Notes: generated from the letters alone by a model not told the origin. A stretch of 56,938 nucleotides of DNA, filler included, from Sphacelaria rigidula (GCA_964200075.2; 7 parts of 7 records of this genome joined end to end with filler, not necessarily neighbours in it); one strand, 5' to 3'; counted from the whole stretch's first letter, positions 13,201 to 25,310 are shown. Numbers and translations: made by a program.

Positions 13201-13480
13201 TCCATACCTGTGCTGCGTACTTGGTGATCTACTAACCCTGTCCCTTCGCTGCCAACATTCGCAACACATACCGCAGGTTTGCGACGAAGCCACCATCGTG
13301 CTTGTGACGAACGAACTGAGGTCGGCTTTCGACGAGTTTCTGCGGGCAGCGAGAGTGAATTTTTCGGTGGAGAGTCTGGAAGTATCGGAGCGAGATATGG
13401 TAGTCGACGACGATAGTAACCTAAGCCCAACTCCCGTGGCACTCAAGATTCTTCGACGGCGGAAACAACCGACGGCGTAG
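10214..13480 (+). CDS. Protein with two tandem METTL21-family (Methyltransf_16) seven-beta-strand methyltransferase domains; exons ~10214-11374, 11598-12240, 12586-12821, 13277-13480
   Basis: Domain 1: GTGATVWPAAHVLAKYL, VVDLGSGTG, LTDQ, YDWG, DVILVSDCVL. Domain 2: SIGSYLWPSALVMARHL, ALELGSGVG, ATDK, YEWG, YDIVMCADCVY. Three GT-AG introns (phases 0, 1, 0) join the ORFs in frame to TAG at 13478-13480. The start codon is uncertain and an upstream exon is possible. Confidence 0.85.
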
Positions 13481-14959
13481 GAAGCTGCCCGTCTTATGAG
13501 AGCGGTCAACAGTCTAGGAACGGCCTGGGAAGTACGGTTTGAAGCATGGCGAAAGTGCATGCTAGGCCGCGACAGTTGGTATAGCAACCGTTTCAGTATT
13601 TGACCATACAAGATGACTGCTCAAAACAAGAGTTCGAAACCCGAAATTTAGCGCGCATGTGGCTTGTGGCTCTCGATGCATCTGACGTATCGGACAGAGA
13701 AACGACGAAACACGATACTTCCTCTGTCCCATAAGTCTGTGGGTATTTCAACGCTGACGATCATCCTACAGTTGGGCTCGTTAGAGAGATAACGCGCAGA
13801 CAAAGCTGACTAAAAGAGAAAAAAAGAAGAAAAAAAACTTATTTTCAATACTACACTGTCAAAACATACCCCATTTTGGCCCTTTTTGGTCCCCTTACAC
13901 CCCAATGTTGACCGATTTTGGACGTGTTCACGTCGTGCACTCACGATTACACGCTGAAAAAAATTTAGATGGGGCGTGCGTAGGTTAATGTCACGGAGAA
14001 ATCCAAATCAGTGGTGGTTTTGCGGTTTTCACATTTTTTTCACAATTATTCGCGCTTCCCGGGTCTCTATGCTTTACTGGGAAAAAGAGCGAGAAATGGT
14101 AATATTCTGACCGACCTACTTTTTCTCGTCCGCGATGGTGCACGGGTCAAGCACCCACGTGGTAGAAAGAGTGTTGTTTCTCGCTCAAAAAACGCCAACG
14201 AATGCAACCAAAAAAACGGAAAACAGATCGGACACAGTTTAGAGATCGTAGAAACATAACGGCACAGACTTATGGGACAAAGGAAGTATATATTCCAGAA
14301 ATCTGGGACGCGATCGGAGTTCTTCACACCTACGGATCGAAGAGAATACGCCGTTGATTGGAATCCCTTCGGGGAGTTGAGATCTCGGACGACTGCTCTT
14401 GATTCACGGTTTGAGAAGGCGTTCTTCGGTATAGCATATCGACGAATTTCCACAACCGTGTTGCACCCTTGGCAAACATGAACGCTGGACGATCGACATC
14501 AGCATCGGTAGATGAGTGGTGTTCCAAACGTTTTTTACGAGGTTTGTCACCATGCGTGCCTGCAGCTAGCTCGCGAAATTGTGGAAAATATCATCTCCGT
14601 TACTGACTCATCAACCGTCGCACAACATGGGTGTCGCCGAGAAAATGCACCCTTTTGAATACTAATGCCGGTGGCTTCCCAGATGGCCACAGGTCCATTC
14701 CGTACCTTTGAGGCGGGTTCGCAACATAAACAAACGTTGTCGTCGAGTGGGCAATGCACGGCACACAACGCATATTGCGAACATGAACCACGTCAAAAAA
14801 AAAATGTCCGTCTTAACGTACACCTCTAGCGACGTGTGATGTCACCAACCACACACAAATTGAGGGCGGCCGTTTTGACCGTACTCCATTTTGCCGTCGA
14901 GCGCCGGCTTGTTTGAAAAAGCGTTATTATCTATGAGGTGTGCTTGCGACACTTTCGTA

Positions 14960-15190
14960 TCGAGGTTACCCCCTCCCTAAGAAGTGCCTGGTTTGGGGAG
15001 GCAAAATCTTGACGCAAATCGATATGAAAAAAGCCGAGCACAACGAGCAGCTGGGAATTCCCACGCTTGGGTTCGTTCTCGCCAATGTCGCCCGTATGAG
15101 GCGCCTCATGCAGCCTGAACCCAAATATCAGGCGCTGCATGACCATTTTTTTCGTGACACTTTTGGACTGCTTTTGGGGGCGAGGGTATC
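14960..15190 (+). repeat. Dispersed repeat, diverged paralog of 19770-19995
   Basis: Shared blocks CTGGTTTG..GAGGCAAAATCT, AAAAGC.GAGCACA.CGAGCAGCTGG, CACGCTTGGG.TCGTTCT and TATGAGGCGC, on two different contigs. Confidence 0.7.
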
Positions 15191-15340
15191 GTAGAAAGTG
15201 ACTTGCTCAAAGCAGAGGCGGTGTGTATCCAAGCATTTAACCTGTCTGCATTCATATTATTCTCGACTTTTCCGGGGAGCTAATTCGGCGAGTCTCTAAC
15301 CTGTCTGCGTCCATGTTCTACTTTACTACGCAAGGTAAAA

Positions 15341-15733
15341 GTGAGGAAAGGAAAAGCGCCTGCTGCTATATTAAGATTCTTCATCGAAATTGACGAATGG
15401 CATTGCGTACCATCTCACATGATGATACCCGCTCGATATCTCAAAAGGAGAGCCATATCTCGAGCTTATGCAGGTGGTGGTGGCACTCCACGCTCTTGGT
15501 TACGATCGAAGCTAACTCTCTCCAACTACACATACACGAATCTGATTGCTTGCGCGGGGCGCTGGTATACTATAAAATAGTGAAGAGTACGGTCATTTGT
15601 CTGCTGTTCTGCGCAGAAGGTAGTCGTCAAGCTTGATACAACGTTGGAGCGGATCTTGCTCAAAACCTGTCTCATGCTGTTCGATGCAATCGAAGCGTGT
15701 TTGAAGTGCGGCGAAGGATCATACCGGAACTAG
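15341..15733 (+). pseudogene. Possible highly degraded Tc1/mariner (DD39D-like) transposase C-terminal relic
   Basis: Ordered weak matches: FFIEIDEWHCVPSH (cf. IQQDNAxPH), ANSLQLHIHES (cf. PNSPDLNxxD), LLKTCLMLFDAIEACLKCGEGSY* (cf. LTLQxxMxExxxxxGGNxY); interrupted by frameshifts. Confidence 0.3.
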
Positions 15734-16198
15734 CTTTTTTTACTTAGTCACTTGATCAATTTATGATGGAGAAGGTACCTCATTATATCAAAGATTCACC
15801 AAGTACTGCTTAGCACAGTACGTGTCCCGCGCTGGGTAGGGCTCCACACGTTGCACGTACCACAGCGTTACACGTTACCTTCACGTTACGTTTTGGTTGA
15901 CAGGGACGTGAACTTTATTTTTTTGCGTGATGAACGTAACGTCCCCGTTATTTTTTTTTTTCCAAATATACCGTTAACATAACGTTGGTTTTTCAACGCA
16001 CCAAACGAAAGGTAACGTGAACGTTACATTGTCCTACCATTTAAAACACGTATCCGCGCAACAGCACACATTTCAAGGTATTGTTGCAGCACAGCATCAT
16101 GAGTCATCCTACGATAGGGGGGGTAATTGGTTGCACGAAAAAAGAGGCTCGAAAGTGTGTCAGACATCCCTCCACACTTGCGTTGCGCTTGTATTTGG

Positions 16199-16298
16199 NN
16201 NNNNNNNNNNNNNNNNNNNNNNNNNNNNNNNNNNNNNNNNNNTTAATTAATTAANNNNNNNNNNNNNNNNNNNNNNNNNNNNNNNNNNNNNNNNNNNN
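16199..16298. other. Artificial contig linker
   Basis: 100-bp N run with TTAATTAATTAA. Confidence 0.98.
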
Positions 16299-16773
16299 CA
16301 CGCCACTCACTGCGGAAGCTAGGTATCCAGGTTACCGATTTCTTCGGCGCGCTTGCGTTTTTTTTGCGGTAACCATGATGGTAGTCGAGCTAGATTATTT
16401 TGTGCGGCGTGGGAGAACCTGAACTCCGCGCAAAGGAGATGATCGTACTGCGTAGTGTTTACATGGTGAAACACCCAAGAGGTAGTGTATAAGCCGTGGC
16501 TGTCTCTGGAAGTGGCAGTACCACAAAATGAAGCAACTAATTGGAGGCTGCCATCCAAATGCAAGATTATCAGTACGCTTCGGGCCGAACAATTTCAGCA
16601 GGATGCAGCTCAGCCTTCATGCGACTCGCCGAGCACTCCATGGTGCTTCGCACTTGGTGATTTGTTGCGAGCCTGGTCTGGCGAAAACCCTGCGTGCTCC
16701 GCACCGGCTTTGTAGGGGATGCGAGGTCATGGTCAGATGACTATGGCATGCATGACCATGAGTACACCCCCCT
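16299..16773 (-). mobile_element. Longest copy of unclassified element R1 (truncated by contig start)
   Basis: 16299-16515 aligns with 32278-32494. 16670-16773 is the reverse complement of 27945-28050 and includes the termini seen at 7989 and 48722. Confidence 0.75.
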
Positions 16774-17116
16774 CCCCCCCCAACGTGGGAAAGTCTGTAT
16801 TACCGTACCGGTACTGTCGATATCGCCGCCGTGGTGGTATGCGTAGCTTGCGGAAGCAGTGAAGGTCGATTCTCGTGACAATCCCCCGTGCAGTGGGATA
16901 CTCAAGTCGCGAAATGTCCTTTGCTGAATCCGATAGAGTTTCACATGAAACAAAGTGACGTAGACTAAAACAGCACCGTTGCGTACTCGAATCAGCTATT
17001 TCATGCGACAAGAGGAAGGCGTGTAGCCACTCTACTCCGTGCCGTCTGTCCCGTCTAAAATACCTTTCGGGTGCTCCACTTCGTCTTCCGTTGTTTCCCT
17101 CGTTTGCCCCACCCAG

Positions 17117-19686
17117 ACATTGCTCGAAATGACGAACAGGGGGCTGAAGCCAAACGGAGAAACTCTTGACAAGATGATGCTCTACTTCCTCAACGCGGGG
17201 GAATTGTGGAGATCTCTCTCGTTCGCACAGCACTCTTTCAATCAGGTGAACTAGTCGCCGAAGATAATTTGACATGCTAGCTCCTTGTCCTGTGTGGAGC
17301 CGTGAGGATTGTTTCTGCCAAATCCTCTGGTCCTTGCACTGCTTTTCCCTCTTTTTGCTCGATCGAAGTAGTCACCCGTGTGCAACGAGGACACAGTCAA
17401 TGATACTACATGGTACGTCCTAAACGGGCAAGTCAGGTGGACATGAGCGTAGAAGCGCACGACAGGTGATGAGGAGCACATGGAGCCATCTGGATGGGTG
17501 AAAAGAGTTGACTGCCCCACTGAACACAGCTCTTCGGATGTGTCTCTTGACCCTGCATGACTCTAAGCGTTCTTCAACATTTTCTTGTTGTGCCCATTTT
17601 AGTAGCGACGGTATCTGCCACATGCACCTCCGGGCACCATGATAGATCGGGAGTGCACCCACTCTGGCAGTCTGGTAATTGCGCCGCCTCCATCGCGTAC
17701 ACAGTGGAACCTGCAAGCGGGCTCACGCTCATGTGCCGACATTCACTCGGCAGCAAATGCTCACGCCGTTTCTTGAATTTAAGACGCTGAACAGTTGCAC
17801 ACACGTACCACGGGGCATGAAAAACTTTCGCCGGACGGTGTTTTTTTGTTGTTGGCCAGTTATCGAGCTTTCTAGAGTTTTGGGGCGGGGTTGGAGATGG
17901 TATGCCCATGTGGGACCCCCAATAACTGGCGAAAAAGAAAAGAAAACACTGTTCTGCAGAGGTTTCGTAATGTCCCGCAGTATATGCGTGCAAATTTTCA
18001 GGCCTGACTTCAAGAATCGATGTGAGCACTTGCGCCTTTGTGCGATGAAGTGAACCTCCCAAGTTCTTGACTTCAGTAGAAAATCAACTTTTCGGGTACT
18101 TTGAGCGTCAAACGCGATTCCGTCAGTTCTTCTATTGTAGTTACGATACAAACCTTTGTACAGATACTCCTTGGAGTTACTCAGGACCGTTATTTTTTCT
18201 AGGCATTATATACCGGCTTTCGGGAATCTCACCACCGGGACCCCCGGAAGCCAGTAGAAAGGAAAGAATCCTTGAAATATTTTTTCGGAATGCATTTTCA
18301 AAACGTGATGATACAAATTGGGGATGAATGTTTTATTTGGAATGAGAACCCAGGGGATTGAAATCTTCGTATCCACACCAAATCTTCGAAATATGGTTCT
18401 ATTTCTTCACTTGCTGGTAGCTACTGACAACTACTACAGGCCATTCAAATTTGGATTTCGATAACCGAAATGCCGGGGTCCTAGGTGAAGAACCAACTTT
18501 TGGGAATTTTGGTGGCGAAAATGAGTTTTTTATCTAAAACCCCAACATTTCGGTTATCGAAATCCATTTTTTTTAATGGCGTGTAGTAGTTGTCAGTAGC
18601 TACCAGCAAGTGAAGAAATGGAACCATATTTCGAAGGTTTGGTGTGGATACGAAGATTTTAATTCTCGGGGTTCTCATCCCCCCCCCAAAATCCATACCC
18701 AATTTGTAAAATCAAGGCTTTTGAATTCAAAGAAATAATGCCTACCGAATGGCCAAGTTTGAGGGTGATCTGAGCTTTTCTACGATATATTCTTCGGAGT
18801 ATAAGGGAAACCATTCATAAGATTACAGGATCTTCGATACCCGTCATCAGTGAAAATCCGTTGACGCGAAAACCCCACATCACCGGAACACAACGGTTTT
18901 GTGTACATTTCAATCTTCTATCAATCGTTTTCAGCTTTATTTTTTCCGTTAGATTCCCGAGTTGACGATGGTTACGAAGATTTAAAGCATGTGAAAATTC
19001 GATTAAAAAAATGGGCTGGAAATTCGTATTTTTCATTTCAGAACAAATTGAAGGACGCTAGTTGGTCCACGTATCTTTTCTCCCTCAACGCCACCACCAT
19101 GGTCTTGAACAAAACTCCACTTGTTACCCTCTTCAGTTGTCCTTGGTGGTCGGTATGGGACCGTGTATGCGACTATTAATTTGTTACTGCGAAAGGTATT
19201 CGTTGAACAGTGACTTTCGAGTCAAAGCCGTGAAGCAGCCTGTATTCCCCGGCTTCCACTATGGCGCTATACGCCGCAGCGGACGAAGGGCCTGTTTTGC
19301 AGTGATATCTCCCACCTCCACACAATCCGCACGCCCTAGAGTGGTCGTCAAATCACCGCAATGCTTACGCGCTCTGGTGAATGTCTCTTGTGCTTGTGGT
19401 TGCTCTGAGAGCGGCGCTCACGTGATTGTTCTCGTTGTTCGTGGCCGTCTTTCAACAGTACGGCTGCACTCCGTCGCCCGGGGCCTTCACGGAGGTACTC
19501 AAGTCGGCGATCGAGGCAGGCGACGATGGTAAGCACGAGGCGCGCAGGGCCGTGGTAATCGCCAAGCAGCTATGGACGTCGCCTGCTGGTGGGAAAGGGA
19601 AAGGACAAGACCGCGCGCAGTCGCACCCCGTGCTCACGCGAAGCGTGGTTCGGCTCTTGCAGCACCACGGCGTGTACGATGACTAG
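17117..19686 (+). CDS. PPR-like repeat protein, last two exons (17117-17245, 19459-19686)
   Basis: AG/GT bounded phase-0 exons splice to TLLEMTNRGLKPNGETLDKMMLYFLNAGELWRSLSFAQHSFNQ|YGCTPSPGAFTEVLKSAIEAGDDG...HHGVYDD*. EMxxxGLKPN and GCTPS recur about 36 aa apart, as in PPR motifs. Confidence 0.65.
18312..18708. mobile_element. Foldback MITE (family F1) inside the PPR-like gene intron
   Basis: Arms of about 170-190 bp: AAATCTTCGTATCCACACCAAATCTTCGAAATATGGTTC... pairs with ...GAACCATATTTCGAAGGTTTGGTGTGGATACGAAGATTT. Confidence 0.85.
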
Positions 19687-19769
19687 TTACTTCTTGTTCC
19701 TGCGACACCCGTTGTATGCGTATTGATGAATCTTGTCGACCTGTGCAAAGACTGTTTAGTGATCCCGCG

Positions 19770-19995
19770 ATAGCTCTGCCCGGAAAGGTGGCTGGTTTGA
19801 AGAGGCAAAATCTACATGTGACTCAAAATGACAAAAGCTGAGCACACCGAGCAGCTGGAAACTCACACGCTTGGGATCGTTCTTGCCCATGTCCCCCATA
19901 TGAGGCGCTTCGTGGAATCTCTGATCAGCGATCATGCACTGTATGGTCATCTTCGTGACGGGTTTAGGGCTGCTTTGGCGGCGGGGTTATCGCGG
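19770..19995 (+). repeat. Dispersed repeat, diverged paralog of 14960-15190
   Basis: See 14960-15190. Confidence 0.7.
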
Positions 19996-21403
19996 CGTCA
20001 CTCAGTTGCTCCATCTGATTGTGAGACGGCAATTTGGTCGTTTAATTTTCCCCACCCGCCCACGTCGGGACGGCGTATACGAATGGGTAGGTGGACAAAA
20101 CAGTTCACCTAGAGGCGATCATGGTTGTGGGTTGAGAAGATGAACAGATGGTGGCGTTACTCCTCCACCTACCCTTCCTCACCATGACCTGCTTCTGAGT
20201 AGCAGCGTTTGGCACGAACTTCACAACAAAGACCTTCAGTGTCTTTCGTATCATGTTGAATATTTTGGATCAATAACAAAATCGAACGTCGCCCAATACG
20301 GCCCAGACCTTGCATTACGCATACATACGTGTCGACGCACGCGTTCCCTATCGCCGACGAAAGGAGCACCGCCGATCCACGTCACCTACTTCCCGAATAC
20401 CCCCCTCTTGTCTAATGAACACCGCATTCACACGATTTGCATCACTGGTGAAGGGCAATCATCACTTCAAACACGCACGTCTGGGCGCTCGTCTTTTCCT
20501 CGCCTCGGACCGCGTTCGTGAAACGCTGTGTGTGTGCCGCCCACGGAGCGCGCGAAACGGCGCCCACAGGCTGACGGCATCGAATCGAATCGATGCACAC
20601 AGCACGCGTCACACCTCGCAGCTCGAACGCGATGCGTCGTGTGTGTCTCCACACAGTGTACGGCGAGGAAAACCTGGACACATCGAATCGAATCGATGCA
20701 CCCATAGCGCTTCGACCGAACATCTACCAATTCTCTCGAATCCTCGAAGCTCTCAAAACGCACGAACACGCTCAGACACGGCACTCCCGAGGTCAACTTG
20801 CACATGCATTTCTGGGCGCTCGGCTTCTCGCATCGGGACGCAACAAAAGCCGCTGAGACACTGTAATAGCCACTCTCAAAACGCGCTGTCACTATACAAG
20901 GAACGGTGCGCATCGGAAGGCGTACTGTCGGGCGAAGAACGGAAACGACCATCGCTCAAATGCTCCATTGCTGGGCGCAGGTTGGAAAGCATGCTCCACA
21001 CTACACACTATCTCTGCTCCCTATTACACACGCATACAAGTTTCCTTCGGCCACAAAGGTTGAAAAGGCCGCCATCGAACATTCCACCTTCCGACAACAC
21101 ACAACCCACACGACGCGTGAAACAGTAAGAACAGTTGAAAGGACGCCGACGGGCCTAACGGATCTTGATTTCATATCATAGAAGCTCGACGCAGCGCGCG
21201 AAAATGTGTGCATGGCGCGTTCCCGGCACCTAAGATAAGCCGAAGCAAATCGAGCAGCGAGCGTGTTTCAGCGCGTACGGCACAGAGGGGCGAGATGAGG
21301 GAGGTGAATGAAAGGGGCAGTATGACGTGTGACGCTTGTGGTGCCGGTTCGCAAGGCTAGCTAGCCGTTAGGCACGCTGTGCATTGCGTGTTTGGTATAT
21401 ATA

Positions 21404-22085
21404 ACAGCCGATCATCGAAATGGAGGATGGAACTTGTCATTGAGGATGATAACCCGGAAAATTAAAATCTTCGTATCCACACTAAATCTTCGAAAGCTCG
21501 TCCCATTCCTTCACCTAGTGGTAGCTATTGACAAGCACTACACGCCATAAGCATTTGGATGCCGACGAACAAAATTTGGGAGTCCTCAATGAAGAAGAAA
21601 ATGCTCACGATTAGAACAAACCATTACTACTCAAAGTCACCAAATTCACGATTTCTCCGGCTTGATTGCCCAAAAGGGGGGGAGGAAGTTGGTCGCTGGC
21701 CCAAGGGGTATCCACGTAACTTTTGTGCCATACCACGTGTCTGGGCTGCGAGTACCTGGGTTGCAACGCTGAAATAAAGCCTAGGAATTGATTCATCACG
21801 AGTCGACTTATCTTACTAAAATCAAGTAATTTTCAGACGACTCAATATTTGTCCGACCCTTGAAAATGTTGGGAATTCAAGTAATTCGGCCGAATCACCC
21901 TAATTCCCAAGAGAGTTTTACATTGCACCTAGGACCCCCAAATTTCGGCCATCGGAATTCATTTTTTTGGCATGTAGTAGTTGTCAATAGCCACCAGAAG
22001 ATGAAGGAACGGAAGCATATTTTGAAGAATTCCGGGTCATGATCCTCAATGAAAAGCTCCATCCTCAATTCCGATGATCGGCTGT
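21404..22085. mobile_element. MITE related to F1 with long TIRs and TA flanks (Tc1/mariner-type)
   Basis: TA|ACAGCCGATCATCGAAATGGAGGATGGA ... TCCATCCTCAATTCCGATGATCGGCTGT|TA; the subterminal AAAATCTTCGTATCCACAC is shared with the 18312 and 26961 copies. Confidence 0.8.
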
Positions 22086-23374
22086 TACGTGAGGAATCAA
22101 TCGAATATGATGCCACTCGTCTACCGTCTACAACCACTCGGACAGAGTTTCCAGGTAAACTGCGCGTCTTGTCTAACCGGTTCTTGGGGTGAGTGTTGGG
22201 TGAGGTCTCGTCCTTCCTCCAAGCAAAAAGAGAAGAAAAAATCGTTTTGCATTACATATCTTGTTTCTCACCTACTCCTCGGGTCATCTGTTTCGTAACA
22301 TGTTTTCATACTACTGGTCAGCGATACACTGTCAAAATTTAATGTGACATTCGGAAAACGCTAAACGTTGTGGAGCGGGAAAACGGTGGGGAATTCAACC
22401 CAGAAGCTATTTTGGCACAGTAGTTCTACCGGTGTAAGGCGAATTGAATTAGACGGAGATAGTACGAGCTGAGCTGGGCCGATCTAGACGCGGATTTAAG
22501 CTCTTGAAGCAATATCTTCTCGACACAGACGAGTTGCGCCGTGATCCGCATATCGTATTAACCGTCTGGTCAAGAGGAAGATGCCCGTCTACTCAAAATT
22601 CTGGGCCAATTTTTTGTCCTTGATTAAACCCTATGTCTAGTAATTGCTATACCGTACGGAGATAGTGTCCATACTAAAGTCTACGTGTAACCCCGAACGA
22701 TACGTAAAGCGGATGATGGAAATTTTTGGTGTGGACATTCCCTGGATCACAGGGAAACGATCGCCTATTTCGCAATATATCTCGAGATATGGCGCACACA
22801 AGGTTCTATACTAACATCAATATATCACGAGCAGAGGCCCTAAATGCACCAAATCTGGATATCGCGTCGCGTCCCAATTTTGGAGGACTGTGCCTTGAAA
22901 TTTGGTATTAAGAATCGCTAGTGCATAATGAAAACAAAAAAAACAGCTTTTCCTTTCTTCTTTTCATTTCTTTTCTTTCAGTTTTTTTCGTTCTTCAGGG
23001 GAGTTTTGAGGGGAAATATGCTCTCGGATCTCATACGACGTGCCAGTTTTTCAGCTCAATTTTTAAAATTGTGATTTGAAAACTCATCATGGAGAATCGC
23101 AAAGGCATGCCGAAGTAAAAATAAATATTGGCCTTCAATTTGATATTCTAATGGGAGAGGTACGGGCGTTCTCGTGAAAGTATGGTCTTTACTGTACAAA
23201 AACGTCCTGAACAAGTGAAGAAGACATCATGTTCAACGTGTCCCGTTTTTTCGGTTCATTATGGCCTGGCGAGGTCCCACACAAAATTTCTGAACACAAG
23301 CACCAAACCTTGGCCGGTGAATGGCCCGTAAAATATTGTTCCGAATTCCCCCCGACCCGATTCCTGGAATGCCC

Positions 23375-23628
23375 CGTCTAGGCTCAGTTTTGAGAGTTGG
23401 ACCTCCAAATTTGGTACGGAGAATGAGTGCGGCATGATGAAAATATCAAGCCCAGACATTCAGATTTTTTTTTCGGTGAGTTAACGCTTTTTCCTGAAAA
23501 CTGGGGATTGAATATTGCCATCAACTCATGAAGAAAAAAACTTTCCGTCCGGGTGCATTTTTTCATCATGCCATCTTTATTCTTCGTGCCAAATTTGAAT
23601 GTCCAACTCTCAAAATTGAGCCTAGACG
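23375..23628. repeat. Imperfect inverted repeat / MITE remnant
   Basis: CGTCTAGGCTCAGTTTTGAGAGTTGGAC...GGCATGATGAAAA pairs with TTTTCATCATGCC...GTCCAACTCTCAAAATTGAGCCTAGACG. Confidence 0.75.
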
Positions 23629-24346
23629 ACGTCTGCAAACCACAAATTCTCGTCTCGGCCGGCCTAACCTGTAGAATCGATGAATGATTCGTTCATGAAT
23701 GGTGGCATGGTACCCTGCTCGTGTTCTCATATTCGTCCACTTGTGCTTGGTATAGAGCACCGCACAGGATCACGCTCATCTTCGCCTGTAGGGAACCCTG
23801 CCCTACAATGCCTAGCTGTACTCTAGTGATGGACAAAACAGGTGGTACTTGTTACACCTGTCTGGGTAAAGGTTGGGTGTTCAATATTACTGATATACGA
23901 CGTACCTTGTCCTTACGCGATGCGTCATAACTTCTCTCCTTCTCTCCGGTGTGCCATGCGGTGGTTGGGAGCTCGGTGGCAGGGGGGGTGGCTCGTCGGC
24001 GGAGGGCGCGCGCGAGTGTATCGGCGCCTTAGAGAGAAACGCGATAGCACCATGCAGGGGGAGGGGCACAATCCGTCGCTTGCGAAGAGGGGGTAGCAGG
24101 AACCTTTTCGGAAACGACCAAAGATTGTGTAGCAGTACAGTCTGATGTCATCTCCCTCTGACATTTCCGTGCTCTGCAGACATGTGCTGACCTTTACTGT
24201 TGCCATGCGAGTGAGTGTTTTGAGCCTCTGTGCGCCGTAATATCCCAATTGGAGGAGAGGAGGGGGGGCGTACTCATTTGTTGCTTGCCTTAGTCTTTTG
24301 ACCATCGACCACGCATCCCTCTCGAGACGGAGCACCGTTCCTACTC

Positions 24347-24446
24347 NNNNNNNNNNNNNNNNNNNNNNNNNNNNNNNNNNNNNNNNNNNNTTAATTAATT
24401 AANNNNNNNNNNNNNNNNNNNNNNNNNNNNNNNNNNNNNNNNNNNN
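24347..24446. other. Artificial contig linker
   Basis: 100-bp N run with TTAATTAATTAA. Confidence 0.98.
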
Positions 24447-25310
24447 CGAAGAACCTTGGTGAGCTGGTCTGGTAGGCAGGATGCGAGTACAATCACGATC
24501 TCGAGAAAGGGACCCTCAAACTGTCTCAGACTGCGTATACTCAGCGGATTCTTGAAACATTTTCGAGCAAAAGGACCGCTGCAACCCCTGCGTTTGTTTC
24601 TTCTGACTTCAAGGTGGATGAGGCAAAGGATTTCGAGGAGAGGTACTGTGAGGCGGTGGGATCTTTGATGTGGCTCTCCATCAACACCCGCCCGGACATT
24701 GCTGACGCCGTGAGAGCTGCATCCCACCACAACGAAAACCCGACGCCTGAGGACTGGCGTAAAGTGTTGCGGAGTTGGAGTACCTCAAGACAACAGTAGA
24801 CTTGGGAATCACGTATGCTAGAGGTTCGAGTGACGAGTTGGTGGCGTATGCGGATGCAGACTACGCGAAATTCGAGGATCGGCGTTCAGTGTCGGGAGGG
24901 GCGACATTTTTCTGCGGGGCTGTTGTAGGATTTTTCTCTCGCACTCAAAATAATGTATCTCTCTCTCTTCTACTCAGGCTAAATACGTAGCGATGGGCGA
25001 CGTAGGGAAGGATGCTTTGTTCGTGAAGGCGGGGCTGAAATTTATGCAGCCGCAGAGGACGGAATTTTGTATGCCACTGACGGTATATGAGGATAACCAG
25101 GGGGCGATTCAACTTGCGAAAAATCCGCGAAGCTCCCCCAACAGCAAGCACATTGATGTACGTCATCATTTTCGGAGGGAATTGGTGTCTGAACAAATAA
25201 TTCGAGTGGAGTATGTCAAGTCTCTTGAGCAGCACGCAGACGTTTTGACGAAACACTTGCCTGTTGGTAGCTTCAGGTACCACAGGAATATTCTGATAAA
25301 CATCAGGTGA
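24447..25310 (+). mobile_element. Ty1/Copia retrotransposon RT C-terminus and RNase H (frameshifted)
   Basis: YCEAVGSLMWLSINTRPDIADAV, AYADADYA, DRRSVSG, YEDNQGAIQLAKNP, SKHIDVRHHF and HADVLTK; frameshifts near 24775 and 24970. Confidence 0.95.

Noticed and set aside
20310..21128. 272-aa ORF
   Set aside because: It starts at a non-ATG codon, is Arg/Ser/His-biased, has no recognisable domain and overlaps repeat-like motifs.
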